In this document: positions 6,982-15,994 of the stretch, in pieces
Layout: each line of letters begins with the position of its first letter
Numbering within the stretch: position 1 is the stretch's first letter
DNA from: Petrachloros mirabilis ULC683
GTDB lineage: Bacteria; Cyanobacteriota; Cyanobacteriia; Thermosynechococcales; Thermosynechococcaceae
Assembly: GCF_009939295.1 (NCBI RefSeq)
Contig: NZ_WVIC01000013.1
Coordinates: forward strand, 1 to 32,000
Direction of reading: 5' to 3'
DNA: 32,000 nt
Program-made: the position numbers and the translations under genes
The notes under the pieces: generated by a model
Seen by the model: only the letters and a program-made list of their open reading frames with translations
Databases searched by the model: none
What the model was told of the DNA's origin: nothing

Positions 6982-8076
6982 ATGACTGTGGGATCGGATG
7001 TTGTGATCATTGGCGGTGGCATTATTGGACTGGCTACCGCCGTTGAACTGTCGCTGCAAGGGGCACAGGTGACGGTGCTATCTCAGCAGTTTCGAGCAGC
7101 GGCAGCCCACGCGGCGGCTGGGATGTTGGCTCCGCAGGCGGAGGGTATTTTGCCAGGGGCGATGTTAGATCTATGTCTTCGCAGTCGGGCATTGTATCCA
7201 GAGTGGGTTCGGAAGCTGGAAGGACTGACAGGACTGGACACGGGTTATTGGCCCTGTGGTATTTTGGCACCCTTGTATGTAGATTGTCTGCCAACTCCTC
7301 AAAAGATGGAGGGGCTGTGGCTAGATAGAGCCGCGATCGCACATCATCAGCCCGGTCTTAGCACCGAGCTAGCAGGCGGCTGGTGGTTCCCCGAAGATGG
7401 ACAGGTAGATAATCGCGCCTTGATGCAAACCCTGTGGATCGCAGCTCAGACCTTAGGCGTCACGCTTCAAGAGGGAGTGGCAGTCCACAACATTGAGTAT
7501 CAGGGGCACCGCATCACCCAACTTCAGACGAGTGCTGGAGTGCAGCAAGGCGATACCTATGTCCTAAGTGCAGGGGCATGGTCTGGCCAATTGCTGCCCC
7601 TCCCTGTGGTGCCGCGCAAAGGCCAGATGCTCGCACTCCAGGTGCCCACTGAATTGGAAGCGCCCCTCTCCCAGGTATTGTTCGGCACTGAGATTTACAT
7701 TGTGCCCCGCCAAAATGGCCGTATTATTTTAGGAGCCACCAGCGAAGATGTGGGCTTTGCCCCCCACAATACACCCGCAGGTATCCAACAGCTCTTGAGT
7801 GGTGCCACCCGTCTTTATCCGGCTCTCAAAGACTTTGCGATCGCAGAATTTTGGTGGGGGTACCGTCCAGCCACCCCCGATGAATGCCCCATCTTGGGAG
7901 CTAGCCCCTACCAAAACCTGGTTTTAGCCACCGGACACTATCGCAATGGCATCTTACTAGCTCCAGTAACCGCCAGACTTATCGCAGCATTAATTGGCCA
8001 GAGCAATGAAGATCCGCTGCTGGCTTCATTTAGCTGCGATCGCTTTGCTGTTCCTGCTGCCAATACACTTAGGTGA
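6982..8076 (+). CDS. thiO: FAD-dependent glycine oxidase
   Basis: Dinucleotide-binding DVVIIGGGIIGLATAVEL at the N-terminus and C-terminal ATGHYRNGILLAPVTA typical of ThiO/DAO-family oxidases. Confidence 0.75.
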   Translation: MTVGSDVVIIGGGIIGLATAVELSLQGAQVTVLSQQFRAAAAHAAAGMLAPQAEGILPGAMLDLCLRSRALYPEWVRKLEGLTGLDTGYWPCGILAPLYVDCLPTPQKMEGLWLDRAAIAHHQPGLSTELAGGWWFPEDGQVDNRALMQTLWIAAQTLGVTLQEGVAVHNIEYQGHRITQLQTSAGVQQGDTYVLSAGAWSGQLLPLPVVPRKGQMLALQVPTELEAPLSQVLFGTEIYIVPRQNGRIILGATSEDVGFAPHNTPAGIQQLLSGATRLYPALKDFAIAEFWWGYRPATPDECPILGASPYQNLVLATGHYRNGILLAPVTARLIAALIGQSNEDPLLASFSCDRFAVPAANTLR

Positions 8077-8136
8077 CATCATCGTTATGTGTCAAAATTA
8101 GGCATAGAGATAAAGACAGAATGATTTTCTGGGCTA

Positions 8137-8165
8137 TTGACTGTACTATATCAAAAAGTATAAAT
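8137..8165 (+). promoter_or_regulatory. Candidate strong sigma70-type promoter of the R-M operon
   Basis: TTGACT (8137-8142), 16-nt spacer, TATAAA(T) (8159-8165), ~95 nt upstream of the endonuclease ATG. GAGGAG Shine-Dalgarno sequence just before the ATG at 8260. Confidence 0.4.
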
Positions 8166-8259
8166 ACATTGTTTTACAGCCACTAAAAATCTTCTCAAGA
8201 AAGATAAGTTTTGCTTTTTTAACAAAAACAATGTGTTCAGACAAACTTAAAAGAGGAGC

Positions 8260-9003
8260 ATGAGAGATTATAATCTTAGTTTTATAAGTAATGAAGACAT
8301 TTATAATCATGTCAAGGAAACCGTAAATAAATACAGATTTAATATCAACTTAGCTGAATTTAACAGAAATTTAGTAGATCCAATAAAATTGACATTTGAT
8401 ACAAAAATTTATCATAAAGATATTAAATTTATAATAGAAAGTGAGGTGTTAAGACAAATAGATAAATCCAATACAAATCATATTGGATATTTTCATCAAA
8501 ATATATTTCGATATTTGGGTAACGGATGGGAAGTTCCTTCAAAAGGATATGACATTGTTAATTCTAAATTCATGTATTTTGTTGAAATGAAAAACAAGCA
8601 TAATACCATGAATTCTTCATCTGCTCAGAAGACTTACATGAGAATGCAAAATACTTTACTATCTAATCCAGATGCAACCTGTCTGCTAGTAGAAGTAATT
8701 GCACGAAGAAGTCAAAATATTGTATGGAAAATGAGTTTAGATGGTCAAGCTGTGTCAAACAAAAGAATACGTCGGGTTTCCATTGATAGATTTTATGAAT
8801 TGGTGACTGATAGCCGAGTTGCATTTAAAGAATTATGTGAAAAGCTTCCTTTAATAATTCAAGATGTTGTCGAGGATAGCAATTTTGAAGCAGAGTCTAA
8901 CTCAGTATTCACAGAGTTAAGAGCCATTGATTCTAACTTATGGAAAAGTATTTATTTGCTTTCATTTAGAGAATATGAAGGATTTAATGATTTCAATATT
9001 TGA
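8260..9003 (+). CDS. Type II restriction endonuclease of the PD-(D/E)xK class (possibly Eco47II/Sau96I-like, unverified)
   Basis: GYDIVNSKFMYFVEMKNKHNT gives D98-x10-E109-x-K111 (nt 8551-8592). It lies directly upstream of, and overlaps, a C5 methyltransferase gene. GC is very low (~23-35% in sampled lines). Confidence 0.65.
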   Translation: MRDYNLSFISNEDIYNHVKETVNKYRFNINLAEFNRNLVDPIKLTFDTKIYHKDIKFIIESEVLRQIDKSNTNHIGYFHQNIFRYLGNGWEVPSKGYDIVNSKFMYFVEMKNKHNTMNSSSAQKTYMRMQNTLLSNPDATCLLVEVIARRSQNIVWKMSLDGQAVSNKRIRRVSIDRFYELVTDSRVAFKELCEKLPLIIQDVVEDSNFEAESNSVFTELRAIDSNLWKSIYLLSFREYEGFNDFNI

Positions 9004-10303
9004 TTCAGATCTAATTTCAGCAGAATTGGTAGCAGATATAATTTCCGTATCCAAAGCCACACTATTAAAGTGGGAAAAAGGTGGAAGATTAATTCCTTTT
9101 CAAAATCCCATCACGAACAAAAAAGAATATAAGACTTCTCAGCTCATTCAATTTGAAGAAGTCAGAAGCATGTTCAAAAGTAATTGGGATGAAGAATTGA
9201 GGGTTAAGCCTGCGAGAGACTTTTCATCAGTTGAACTTTTTGCGGGGGCAGGAGGACTTGCTCTAGGGTTAGAAAAAGCTGGATTCAATACAATAGCTCT
9301 CAATGAACTTGATGAAGATGCTTGTAAAACTCTTCAAGCCAATCGTCCCAAATGGAATGTCATTGAAGGTGACGTGAAAAATGTGGATTTTAGTAAATTC
9401 ATTGATATTGATCTTGTTTCTGGTGGATTTCCATGTCAAGCATTTTCTTATGCAGGGGAAAAATTGGGATTTGAAGATACCAGAGGTACGTTATTTTTTG
9501 AATTTTCCAGGGCAGTAAAAGAAATAAGACCAAAAATTTTCTTAGGTGAAAATGTGCGTGGCTTATTAAATCACGACAATGGAAAAACTTTGTCCGTTAT
9601 GAAATCAATTATTTCAGATCTAGGATATACACTTATTGAGCCAAAAGTTCTGAAAGCATTGTTTTATCGTGTTCCCCAAAAAAGAGAGCGTTTATTTTTT
9701 GTTGGCATCAGAAACGATTTGATTAGGTTTGCAAAATTTAAATGGCCATCACCCTATTACAGAATACTCGTTCTCAAAGACGCTTTGAAAGCTGGTGAAC
9801 TATACGATACCGATGTACCAGAATCAGAAGGTCAGTCTTATCCCAACAGAAAAAGAGAAATATTATCTCATGTGCCTCAAGGTGGCTATTGGAGAGATTT
9901 ACCAGATAACTTGCAAAGAGAATATATGCAGGGTAGTTATTTCTTAAGTGGTGGTAAAACTGGCATGGCACGTCGGCTCTCATGGGATGAGCCGAGCTTA
10001 ACTTTGACCTGTTCCCCCGCTCAAAAACAAACCGAAAGATGTCATCCAGAAGAAACGAGACCCTTAACGATTAGAGAGTATGCCAGAATACAAACTTTCT
10101 CAGACGAATGGTGTTTTTCAGGTTCAGTGAGTAGTCAATACAAACAAATTGGTAATGCAGTGCCCGTAAATTTAGCTTATGCAGTTGCTCGAAGTATAGT
10201 CGCGCTATTAAATAGTATTGACGCAAAAGTCGATCTAGAGGGTAATTTCTTAGCATCTAGTGAGTTATTTCAACCAAGGCAACTGACTTTGCTAAACACA
10301 TAA
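8975..10303 (+). CDS. DNA (cytosine-5) methyltransferase with an N-terminal excisionase/MerR-type HTH extension
   Basis: Canonical m5C motifs: I ELFAGAGGLALG, IV GGFPCQAFS, VI ENVRGLL, VIII QKRERLFFVG, X YKQIGNAVPV. An N-terminal ~85 aa carries ISVSKATLLKWEKGGRLIP. The start is uncertain: ATG 8975 or 8987 is likelier than the track start at 8927. Confidence 0.9.
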   Translation: MKDLMISIFDSDLISAELVADIISVSKATLLKWEKGGRLIPFQNPITNKKEYKTSQLIQFEEVRSMFKSNWDEELRVKPARDFSSVELFAGAGGLALGLEKAGFNTIALNELDEDACKTLQANRPKWNVIEGDVKNVDFSKFIDIDLVSGGFPCQAFSYAGEKLGFEDTRGTLFFEFSRAVKEIRPKIFLGENVRGLLNHDNGKTLSVMKSIISDLGYTLIEPKVLKALFYRVPQKRERLFFVGIRNDLIRFAKFKWPSPYYRILVLKDALKAGELYDTDVPESEGQSYPNRKREILSHVPQGGYWRDLPDNLQREYMQGSYFLSGGKTGMARRLSWDEPSLTLTCSPAQKQTERCHPEETRPLTIREYARIQTFSDEWCFSGSVSSQYKQIGNAVPVNLAYAVARSIVALLNSIDAKVDLEGNFLASSELFQPRQLTLLNT

Positions 10304-10422
10304 TACTCGGGTTCACCAGCCTCTTGAAAGCTGCTAGTACTGAATTTAAAGTTATCTGCCGCCGTTGATTTGAATGACAAAACTCATCGCCCTCATCCCC
10401 TAGACTCTTCTCCCCTTGTGGG

Positions 10423-10615
10423 CTACTGTGTATACATAAGTATGAGAAAAACAATTTCACCCTGCATTCGCCCCCTACATCCCCCATTCTGGGGGACTGC
10501 GAGATATTCAGAACCCCCCAAATTAGGCCCTTCGGGCACGCTTCGCGAGGGGGGGCGAGTGTAAGGATGTTAGAGGCTTTTAAATCATCTCCTTAGATTT
10601 GTGTGTACACAGTAG
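10423..10615. mobile_element. MITE-like non-autonomous element (193 bp) with 13-bp terminal inverted repeats and an 11-bp target-site duplication
   Basis: Left TIR CTACTGTGTATAC (10423-10435) matches the reverse complement of GTGTACACAGTAG (10603-10615) at 12/13. The element is flanked by perfect direct repeats CCCCTTGTGGG (10412-10422 and 10616-10626). Its interior contains C5-7/G5-7 hairpin modules shared with the repeat at 26355-26474. Confidence 0.5.
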
Positions 10616-10676
10616 CCCCTTGTGGGAGAGGGGTTGGGGGTGATAAGGATTTGTTGGCTAATCAGCCCAAAGGACT

Positions 10677-12365
10677 TCATTCACTTGTTGGGTAGGAAAT
10701 GCTGTAGATGGTCTGGGTTTCTAGGTTCTGGCACGTGGGGTAGGGCAAGTCTTCTGGTGACACTGACCTGCGGTCAAGCTGAATTTGGAGATTTTTGAGT
10801 GGATCTATGCAGTTGGAGATGAGAAACTCTAACCGGTTGATCGCGCCCCACCCTTTGAGTTGTGCCAAAATCTCTGCGATGGCTTTCACGTAAGGGTGAG
10901 AGGGTTGCTGATACCAGTCAGGAGCCGCTACATGGGGTTGATCGAGTCCTAAATGCACAATCAAGCCCGGATGCCCAAAAAGTGCGATCGCAACTGGGCG
11001 TGCTTCTTCCTGCAAGAGCAAATGCTGGCTGGTAGCCAAATGCCGTAGCTTTTCTAAATACTCATAGCGGTCAGTCACACTGAGGGAGACATCTTGCCAG
11101 TGAATAGCCACGGTCACCAGATAGGTCTGCAACAGCATATGACCTAGCTTCTCGGCCTTGGTAGCCAAATATTGAGTGTTGTAGGGCGTGGCCTCAATCA
11201 ACAAAGGCAAGCGATCCACAACTTCTAGACCATAGCCCTTGAGTCCAGCGATTTTGCGAGGGTTATTGGTAATCAAGCGAATTTTCTTGATGCCCAGATC
11301 ATTGAGAATCTGGGCACCCACACCATAATTCCGTAGATCTGCCGGGAAACCCAGCTTTTCGTTCGCTTCTACGGTGTCTAAGCCCATATCCTGTAACGAG
11401 TAGGCTTTGAGTTTGTTGATCAAGCCAATGCCCCGACCTTCCTGACGCAGATAGACCACAACACCCTGTCCAGCGGCTTCAATCATTTTGAGAGCCGCCT
11501 GAAGCTGCATCCGGCAATCGCAGCGCAGCGAACCGAGTGCATCCCCCGTTAAACATTCCGAGTGCATTCGCACCATCACCTGCCCATGGTCAAAATTAGC
11601 CGGATCACCTTTGACAATAGCGACATGATCAGAGTCATCTAAGGAGTTGTGATAGCCATAGATATGAAAATGACCAAACTCTGTGGGTAAATCAGCTACA
11701 GACTCCCGATGGACAAAGCGCTCATGCTGCAATCGATAGCTGATCAGATCAGCAATGCTGATAATTTTGAGCTGATGCTGTTGGGCATACTCCACGAGTT
11801 GCGGCAGACGAGCCATAGAGCCATCAGGATTTTGAATCTCGCAAATCACCCCCGACGGATATAACCCCGCCAACCGTGCCAGATCAATCGCCGATTCCGT
11901 ATGTCCCGCCCGTTTCAGGACACCGCCTTTGCGCGCCCGCAACGGAAAAATGTGCCCCGGACGCCGCAGATCGGTTGGTCGAGTTTCTGGGTTGATAGCC
12001 ACTTGAATTGTGCGCGCCCGATCTTCCGCCGAAATGCCAGTAGTCACACCCAAGTGGGGAGAAGCATCAATGCTGACCGTGAAGGCTGTTTGATTACTGT
12101 CGGTGTTGTGGGTAACCATCAGCGGCAAGTCTAGGGCATCGAGACGCTCTCCGGTCATGGCTAGGCAGATGAGCCCTCGCGCATTCACCGCCATGAAGTT
12201 AATCATTTCCGGGGTGGCAAACTGAGCCGCACAAACCAGATCGCCCTCGTTTTCTCGCCCTTCATCATCCACGACAATCAGCGCGTGTCCGGCCTTAAAT
12301 TCTGCAAGGGCAGCTTCAATGGAGTCAAATTGAAACGACTCCCCACTGGTAAACGTCGAGACCAA
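10677..12365 (-). CDS. ribBA: Bifunctional 3,4-dihydroxy-2-butanone-4-phosphate synthase / GTP cyclohydrolase II, with a ~150-aa C-terminal extension
   Basis: DHBP synthase block [21 protein letters not shown] cyclohydrolase II blocks [20 protein letters not shown] and [11 protein letters not shown]. The start codon is uncertain (the track uses TTG). Confidence 0.9.
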   Translation of the reverse strand: MVSTFTSGESFQFDSIEAALAEFKAGHALIVVDDEGRENEGDLVCAAQFATPEMINFMAVNARGLICLAMTGERLDALDLPLMVTHNTDSNQTAFTVSIDASPHLGVTTGISAEDRARTIQVAINPETRPTDLRRPGHIFPLRARKGGVLKRAGHTESAIDLARLAGLYPSGVICEIQNPDGSMARLPQLVEYAQQHQLKIISIADLISYRLQHERFVHRESVADLPTEFGHFHIYGYHNSLDDSDHVAIVKGDPANFDHGQVMVRMHSECLTGDALGSLRCDCRMQLQAALKMIEAAGQGVVVYLRQEGRGIGLINKLKAYSLQDMGLDTVEANEKLGFPADLRNYGVGAQILNDLGIKKIRLITNNPRKIAGLKGYGLEVVDRLPLLIEATPYNTQYLATKAEKLGHMLLQTYLVTVAIHWQDVSLSVTDRYEYLEKLRHLATSQHLLLQEEARPVAIALFGHPGLIVHLGLDQPHVAAPDWYQQPSHPYVKAIAEILAQLKGWGAINRLEFLISNCIDPLKNLQIQLDRRSVSPEDLPYPTCQNLETQTIYSISYPTSE

Positions 12366-12516
12366 GGTTGGACTACCTGTTAAAATTTCTTAACAACTTA
12401 GCTCTATTCTAATCGATGGTCAGCCTTTTCCGTGCTGGGAATGGCTTGGGTCAGCCAAACCATCGTCTAGAATGATCTAGGGTTATGCGTCGTGACCAGT
12501 CTATCGAGGTAATTCT

Positions 12517-12693
12517 GTGGATCCCCAGTTGATGCAAGAGCGAATGGCCTATTTAACCCAAAAGCGCGAAGTCTTAGTGCAGCTTTTAGAGCAACCCGAT
12601 CTGGGAACGCTGCGGATTGATGTTAACCAAGCCCTAGAAGAAATGGATGATCTCTTAGAGGAGTTTCAGCGCACCTTTCCAGCGGCCTCCTAA
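12517..12693 (+). CDS. Possible small acidic helical protein of 58 aa, below the ORF-track cutoff
   Basis: Hand translation from GTG 12517 (or ATG 12532): DPQLMQERMAYLTQKREVLVQLLEQPDLGTLRIDVNQALEEMDDLLEEFQRTFPAAS, stop TAA 12691-12693. GAGG lies 7-8 nt upstream of the GTG. Confidence 0.3.
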   Translation: MDPQLMQERMAYLTQKREVLVQLLEQPDLGTLRIDVNQALEEMDDLLEEFQRTFPAAS

Positions 12694-12859
12694 ACCTGTA
12701 GTGAAGCCATCTCGCCCACCCGTTCAGTCCGACCATCAACTGGGTTAACCCCGCCTGCCGAGGTCGCTGACACTCCGCAACCTAAAAGTGTGGATATTTT
12801 CAGTTCGTTAGGCCGGTACGCAGCAGCCCCATCAGGAGAGTGAGATAAACTGACGTATA

Positions 12860-13855
12860 GTGCAAACGGGTGATTTAACTTTGCAACTTACGTTTCTTGG
12901 TACTAGCTCTGGTGTTCCCACGCGATCGCGCAATGTCTCCAGTATTGCCCTGCGTCTGCCCCAGCGTGGCGAAGTCTGGCTGTTTGACTGTGGCGAGGGC
13001 ACCCAACATCAGCTTCTGCGCAGCGAGGTCAAGATCAGCCAAATTCGTCGCATCTTTATTACCCACATGCATGGGGATCACATTTTTGGCCTGATGGGGT
13101 TGCTGGCGAGCTGCGGCATGGCAGGCAATCCAACCCAGATTGATCTCTATGGCCCACCAGAACTAGAGGACTATCTCAAAGCCTGTCAGCGCTATTCTCA
13201 AACCCATTTTTCCTACCCGATTCAAGTGCATGGGGTGCAGCCCGGGCAGGTCTATGCTGATGATGAGTTTACAGTATCCTGTCTGCCCCTGACCCATAAA
13301 GTGACGGCCTTTGGCTATCGGATCCAAGAGTGCGATCGCCCCGGACGCTTTGATGTCAAAAAAGCCACTGTCGCTGGCATTCCCCCTGGTCCTCTCTACG
13401 GTGAACTCAAGCAAGGCAAAAAGATCAAACTTCCTGATGGCCGCACCTTCAAGGGCAGTGACTTTTGCGGCTCCACCGAAACTGGACGTGTGCTGGCCTA
13501 CTGCACCGACACCATTTTTTGCGAAAATGCCGTTACCCTAGCCCAGCAAGCAGACGTGGTGATCCACGAGTCAACCTTCGCCCACCAAGATGCCGAAATG
13601 GCCTTTCAGCGCCTGCACTCCACCTCTACCATGGCCGCCCAAGTTGCGTTAGCCGCCGAAGCCAAGTTGTTGTTTCTCACTCACTTTAGTCCCCGCTACG
13701 CACCGGGCAATCCAATTGAACTGCATCATCTAACTGAAGAAGCACGAGCCATTTTTGCCAACACCAAAATGGCCCATGACTTTCTGACCTACGACATTCC
13801 TCGCCACGTCCCTGAGGTGACCATGCCAGCGGCACTCACCCGTTCAGCGTCGTGA
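12860..13855 (+). CDS. rnz: Ribonuclease Z (tRNA 3' endonuclease)
   Basis: LTFLGTSSGVPTRSRNVSS and the metallo-beta-lactamase motif ITHMHGDHIFGL. Confidence 0.85.
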   Translation: MQTGDLTLQLTFLGTSSGVPTRSRNVSSIALRLPQRGEVWLFDCGEGTQHQLLRSEVKISQIRRIFITHMHGDHIFGLMGLLASCGMAGNPTQIDLYGPPELEDYLKACQRYSQTHFSYPIQVHGVQPGQVYADDEFTVSCLPLTHKVTAFGYRIQECDRPGRFDVKKATVAGIPPGPLYGELKQGKKIKLPDGRTFKGSDFCGSTETGRVLAYCTDTIFCENAVTLAQQADVVIHESTFAHQDAEMAFQRLHSTSTMAAQVALAAEAKLLFLTHFSPRYAPGNPIELHHLTEEARAIFANTKMAHDFLTYDIPRHVPEVTMPAALTRSAS

Positions 13856-13912
13856 CATTCTCCCAACGGACGTTAACTTTTGGGGGACTGTGCGGGCTTC
13901 CTGCGTGACATC

Positions 13913-14485
13913 CTAATCCGGTAGCGGCGAAGCCTGACATTGGTTGGCAATCTGTGTCGGGTCGGGAGGGGTACCCTGACCAGGGTTGGCACCAGCGTAG
14001 TTCCCCGTTCGGATAATGCCTAAAATATCAGACACCACAATACAGCGCATTTTAGCGGTGCCATCAGTGTTGTAAATCAAAAAGCTGGCCTGGGCGTTGG
14101 TGGTTCCACGATAGGTAAATCGCACAGTATTGGAACCCGTAATCACAACGGGGCTGTTTTCAACAGGCAACACACGATCGCCAGTAATCAAGCATCGCTC
14201 TTGTCGTTCATCGGGTTTAGTAGGATCAGGCGCTTCACCACTCAATACCTCTGTTGCCGTCACCTCAACACTACAAGCTCGACTTCTTTTAATTGCCTCT
14301 GACTGGGCTTCCCGCAGTGCCCCTTCCAGTCGTACAACCGAGTCATCGACACGCTTATTATTCACCCAACTCAGGTAGCTGGGAATGGTAAAGGCAGCCA
14401 TAATCCCAATCATGACCACAATCACCAGGTTTTCTGCCAGGGTAAATCCAGCGGTGGAAAGGGAGGGCTTTGGCGATCGCAGCAT
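13913..14485 (-). CDS. GspH/FimT-like type IV pseudopilin (minor pilin)
   Basis: Prepilin signal ...STAG|FTLAENLVIVVMIGIMAAF (Gly-1, Phe+1, Glu+5), then RLEGALREAQSEAIKR typical of GspH/FimT. The start is taken at Met21 (ATG 14485) of the track ORF. Confidence 0.7.
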   Translation of the reverse strand: MLRSPKPSLSTAGFTLAENLVIVVMIGIMAAFTIPSYLSWVNNKRVDDSVVRLEGALREAQSEAIKRSRACSVEVTATEVLSGEAPDPTKPDERQERCLITGDRVLPVENSPVVITGSNTVRFTYRGTTNAQASFLIYNTDGTAKMRCIVVSDILGIIRTGNYAGANPGQGTPPDPTQIANQCQASPLPD

Positions 14486-14630
14486 GGTGTTCACGGCGGG
14501 CAAGGGATGAATGAACCAAGAATGCCTAGGGGATCTTGAGCGCATTCTATATCTTCATAATGCCCAAGCTTAAGTAAAGTTCAAGCAAAGGTTGAAGACT
14601 TACAATAATTGATACCAAGGAGGACAGGGC

Positions 14631-14912
14631 ATGACTGAGCCAAACAATCAGCTTGCAGTGCTAATTGACCAGGTTGGACGCTTAACTGAGGGATTAACCG
14701 AATTTCGAGCCGATATGGCAGACATCAAAGAACGGGTTCGGGAACAACTGGTTGTTGCTCAGGCTCAAGCTGAGAACATCAACCGTCTGGCTGAAACAAC
14801 TGATCGGCAAACGATTTTATCTGAGCGGCTGGTAGCGACCGTTGAGCGACAAGCAGCGACCGTTGAGCGACAGGCTGTAATGCTGGAAGCCTTACTCGGT
14901 CGGCAGGTATGA
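14631..14912 (+). CDS. Small coiled-coil protein of unknown function
   Basis: 93-aa heptad-rich ORF with a GGAGGA Shine-Dalgarno sequence upstream. Contains the in-frame tandem duplication ATVERQA-ATVERQA. Confidence 0.5.
   Translation: MTEPNNQLAVLIDQVGRLTEGLTEFRADMADIKERVREQLVVAQAQAENINRLAETTDRQTILSERLVATVERQAATVERQAVMLEALLGRQV
14835..14876 (+). repeat. 21-bp tandem duplication (2 copies, 19/21 identical) inside the coiled-coil ORF
   Basis: GCGACCGTTGAGCGACAAGCA (14835-14855) / GCGACCGTTGAGCGACAGGCT (14856-14876). Confidence 0.9.
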
Positions 14913-14947
14913 TGCACATCAGTGTTCTCTCATGATCGTCTTTCAAT

Positions 14948-15961
14948 GTGACGGGTTTTCTACTTACCCTCTTGGCCGAGCAACCAGTGGTTTTGATTTT
15001 GGTTGCTGCGGCGCTTCTCGATTTTCTAATCGGCGATCCGTGGGGATGGCTCCATCCCGTGCAGGCGATGGGGTGGGTGATTCAGGGCTACTGTTCCTGG
15101 GCGTTCAAGGTCTGCCAGACGCCACGAGCTGAAAAGCTGGCAGGGATTGGACTGGGGTTGGGGCTGGTGCTAGGGAGTGGGGCGATCGCAGCCCTCTTGC
15201 TCTGGGGAGCCTATACCCTCTCGCCCTGGTTAGGCATGGGGTTAGAAGTGGTTTTGCTGGCCAGTTGTTTCGCTGGCCGCAGTTTGCGCCGAGCGGCTGA
15301 AGATGTTCTCAAATCGTTGATGGCTGGGGATGAACTGATGGCGCGATCGCGCCTGCGCCTTTACGTAGGACGCGACACCGAAGATCTCACCGCACCCGAA
15401 ATGCTGCGCGCCATTCTAGAAACCGTCAGCGAAAACGCCACCGATGGCGTCTTTGCTCCCCTTTTTTACGCCATCCTGGGCTATACCCTCACCCATTGGA
15501 GCAGCCTCACGATCGACGCTGGAGTGCCCCTAGCCCTGGCCTACAAAGCCGCCAGCACCCTGGACTCCATGGTGGGCTATCGCCGTGCCCCCTACACCCA
15601 CCTGGGCGGGTTCAGCGCTCGCCTGGAAGACACCCTCACCTGGCTGCCCTGTCGTCTGAGCGTTGTTACCCTGGGCGCAATCTCAGGGCGGATCGCCCAT
15701 GTGTTGCATCTCTGTCGGCGGGATGCCTCCAAAGATCCTAGCCCCAACGCAGGCTGGAGCGAATGTGCCTACGCCGCCATTTTAGACGTGCAGCTCGGGG
15801 GGCTGAACACCTACAAAGGCATCCCCACCCTCAAACCCAAGCTGGGCAATCCCCATCGCCCCATCACCCCGGAGCGCATTCATCTGGCGCTGCGTCTGAC
15901 CCGCAATGGCTTTTTGCTCTGGCTTCTCATTGCACTGGCTATATTGGGAGAACCAACCTAG
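14948..15961 (+). CDS. cobD: Adenosylcobinamide-phosphate synthase CobD/CbiB
   Basis: Polytopic membrane protein with LDFLIGDPWGWLHPVQAMG, SENATDGVFAPLFY and PSPNAGWSE blocks characteristic of CobD/CbiB. Confidence 0.85.
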   Translation: MTGFLLTLLAEQPVVLILVAAALLDFLIGDPWGWLHPVQAMGWVIQGYCSWAFKVCQTPRAEKLAGIGLGLGLVLGSGAIAALLLWGAYTLSPWLGMGLEVVLLASCFAGRSLRRAAEDVLKSLMAGDELMARSRLRLYVGRDTEDLTAPEMLRAILETVSENATDGVFAPLFYAILGYTLTHWSSLTIDAGVPLALAYKAASTLDSMVGYRRAPYTHLGGFSARLEDTLTWLPCRLSVVTLGAISGRIAHVLHLCRRDASKDPSPNAGWSECAYAAILDVQLGGLNTYKGIPTLKPKLGNPHRPITPERIHLALRLTRNGFLLWLLIALAILGEPT

Positions 15962-15994
15962 TCGGCCACCTATCAGCCCAGAGGAACCTCCATC

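Noticed and set aside
10257-10564. Track ORFs 10257-10487 (-) and 10370-10564 (+) as protein-coding genes
   Set aside because: They lie entirely within the MITE-like element and its flanks. Their translations (PPFWG, PPKLG, GGRV runs) are products of C/G-run hairpins. The same applies to ORF 26167-26448, which reads through the second repeat copy.
12366-12516. FMN riboswitch in the ribBA leader
   Set aside because: None of the conserved FMN-element core sequences or the multi-stem architecture is recognisable. As far as I recall, cyanobacterial rib genes generally lack this riboswitch.
13856-13912. Bidirectional terminator between the convergent rnz and pseudopilin genes
   Set aside because: Only a 5-bp CCCAA/TTGGG stem with a 13-nt loop is present, which is too weak to call.
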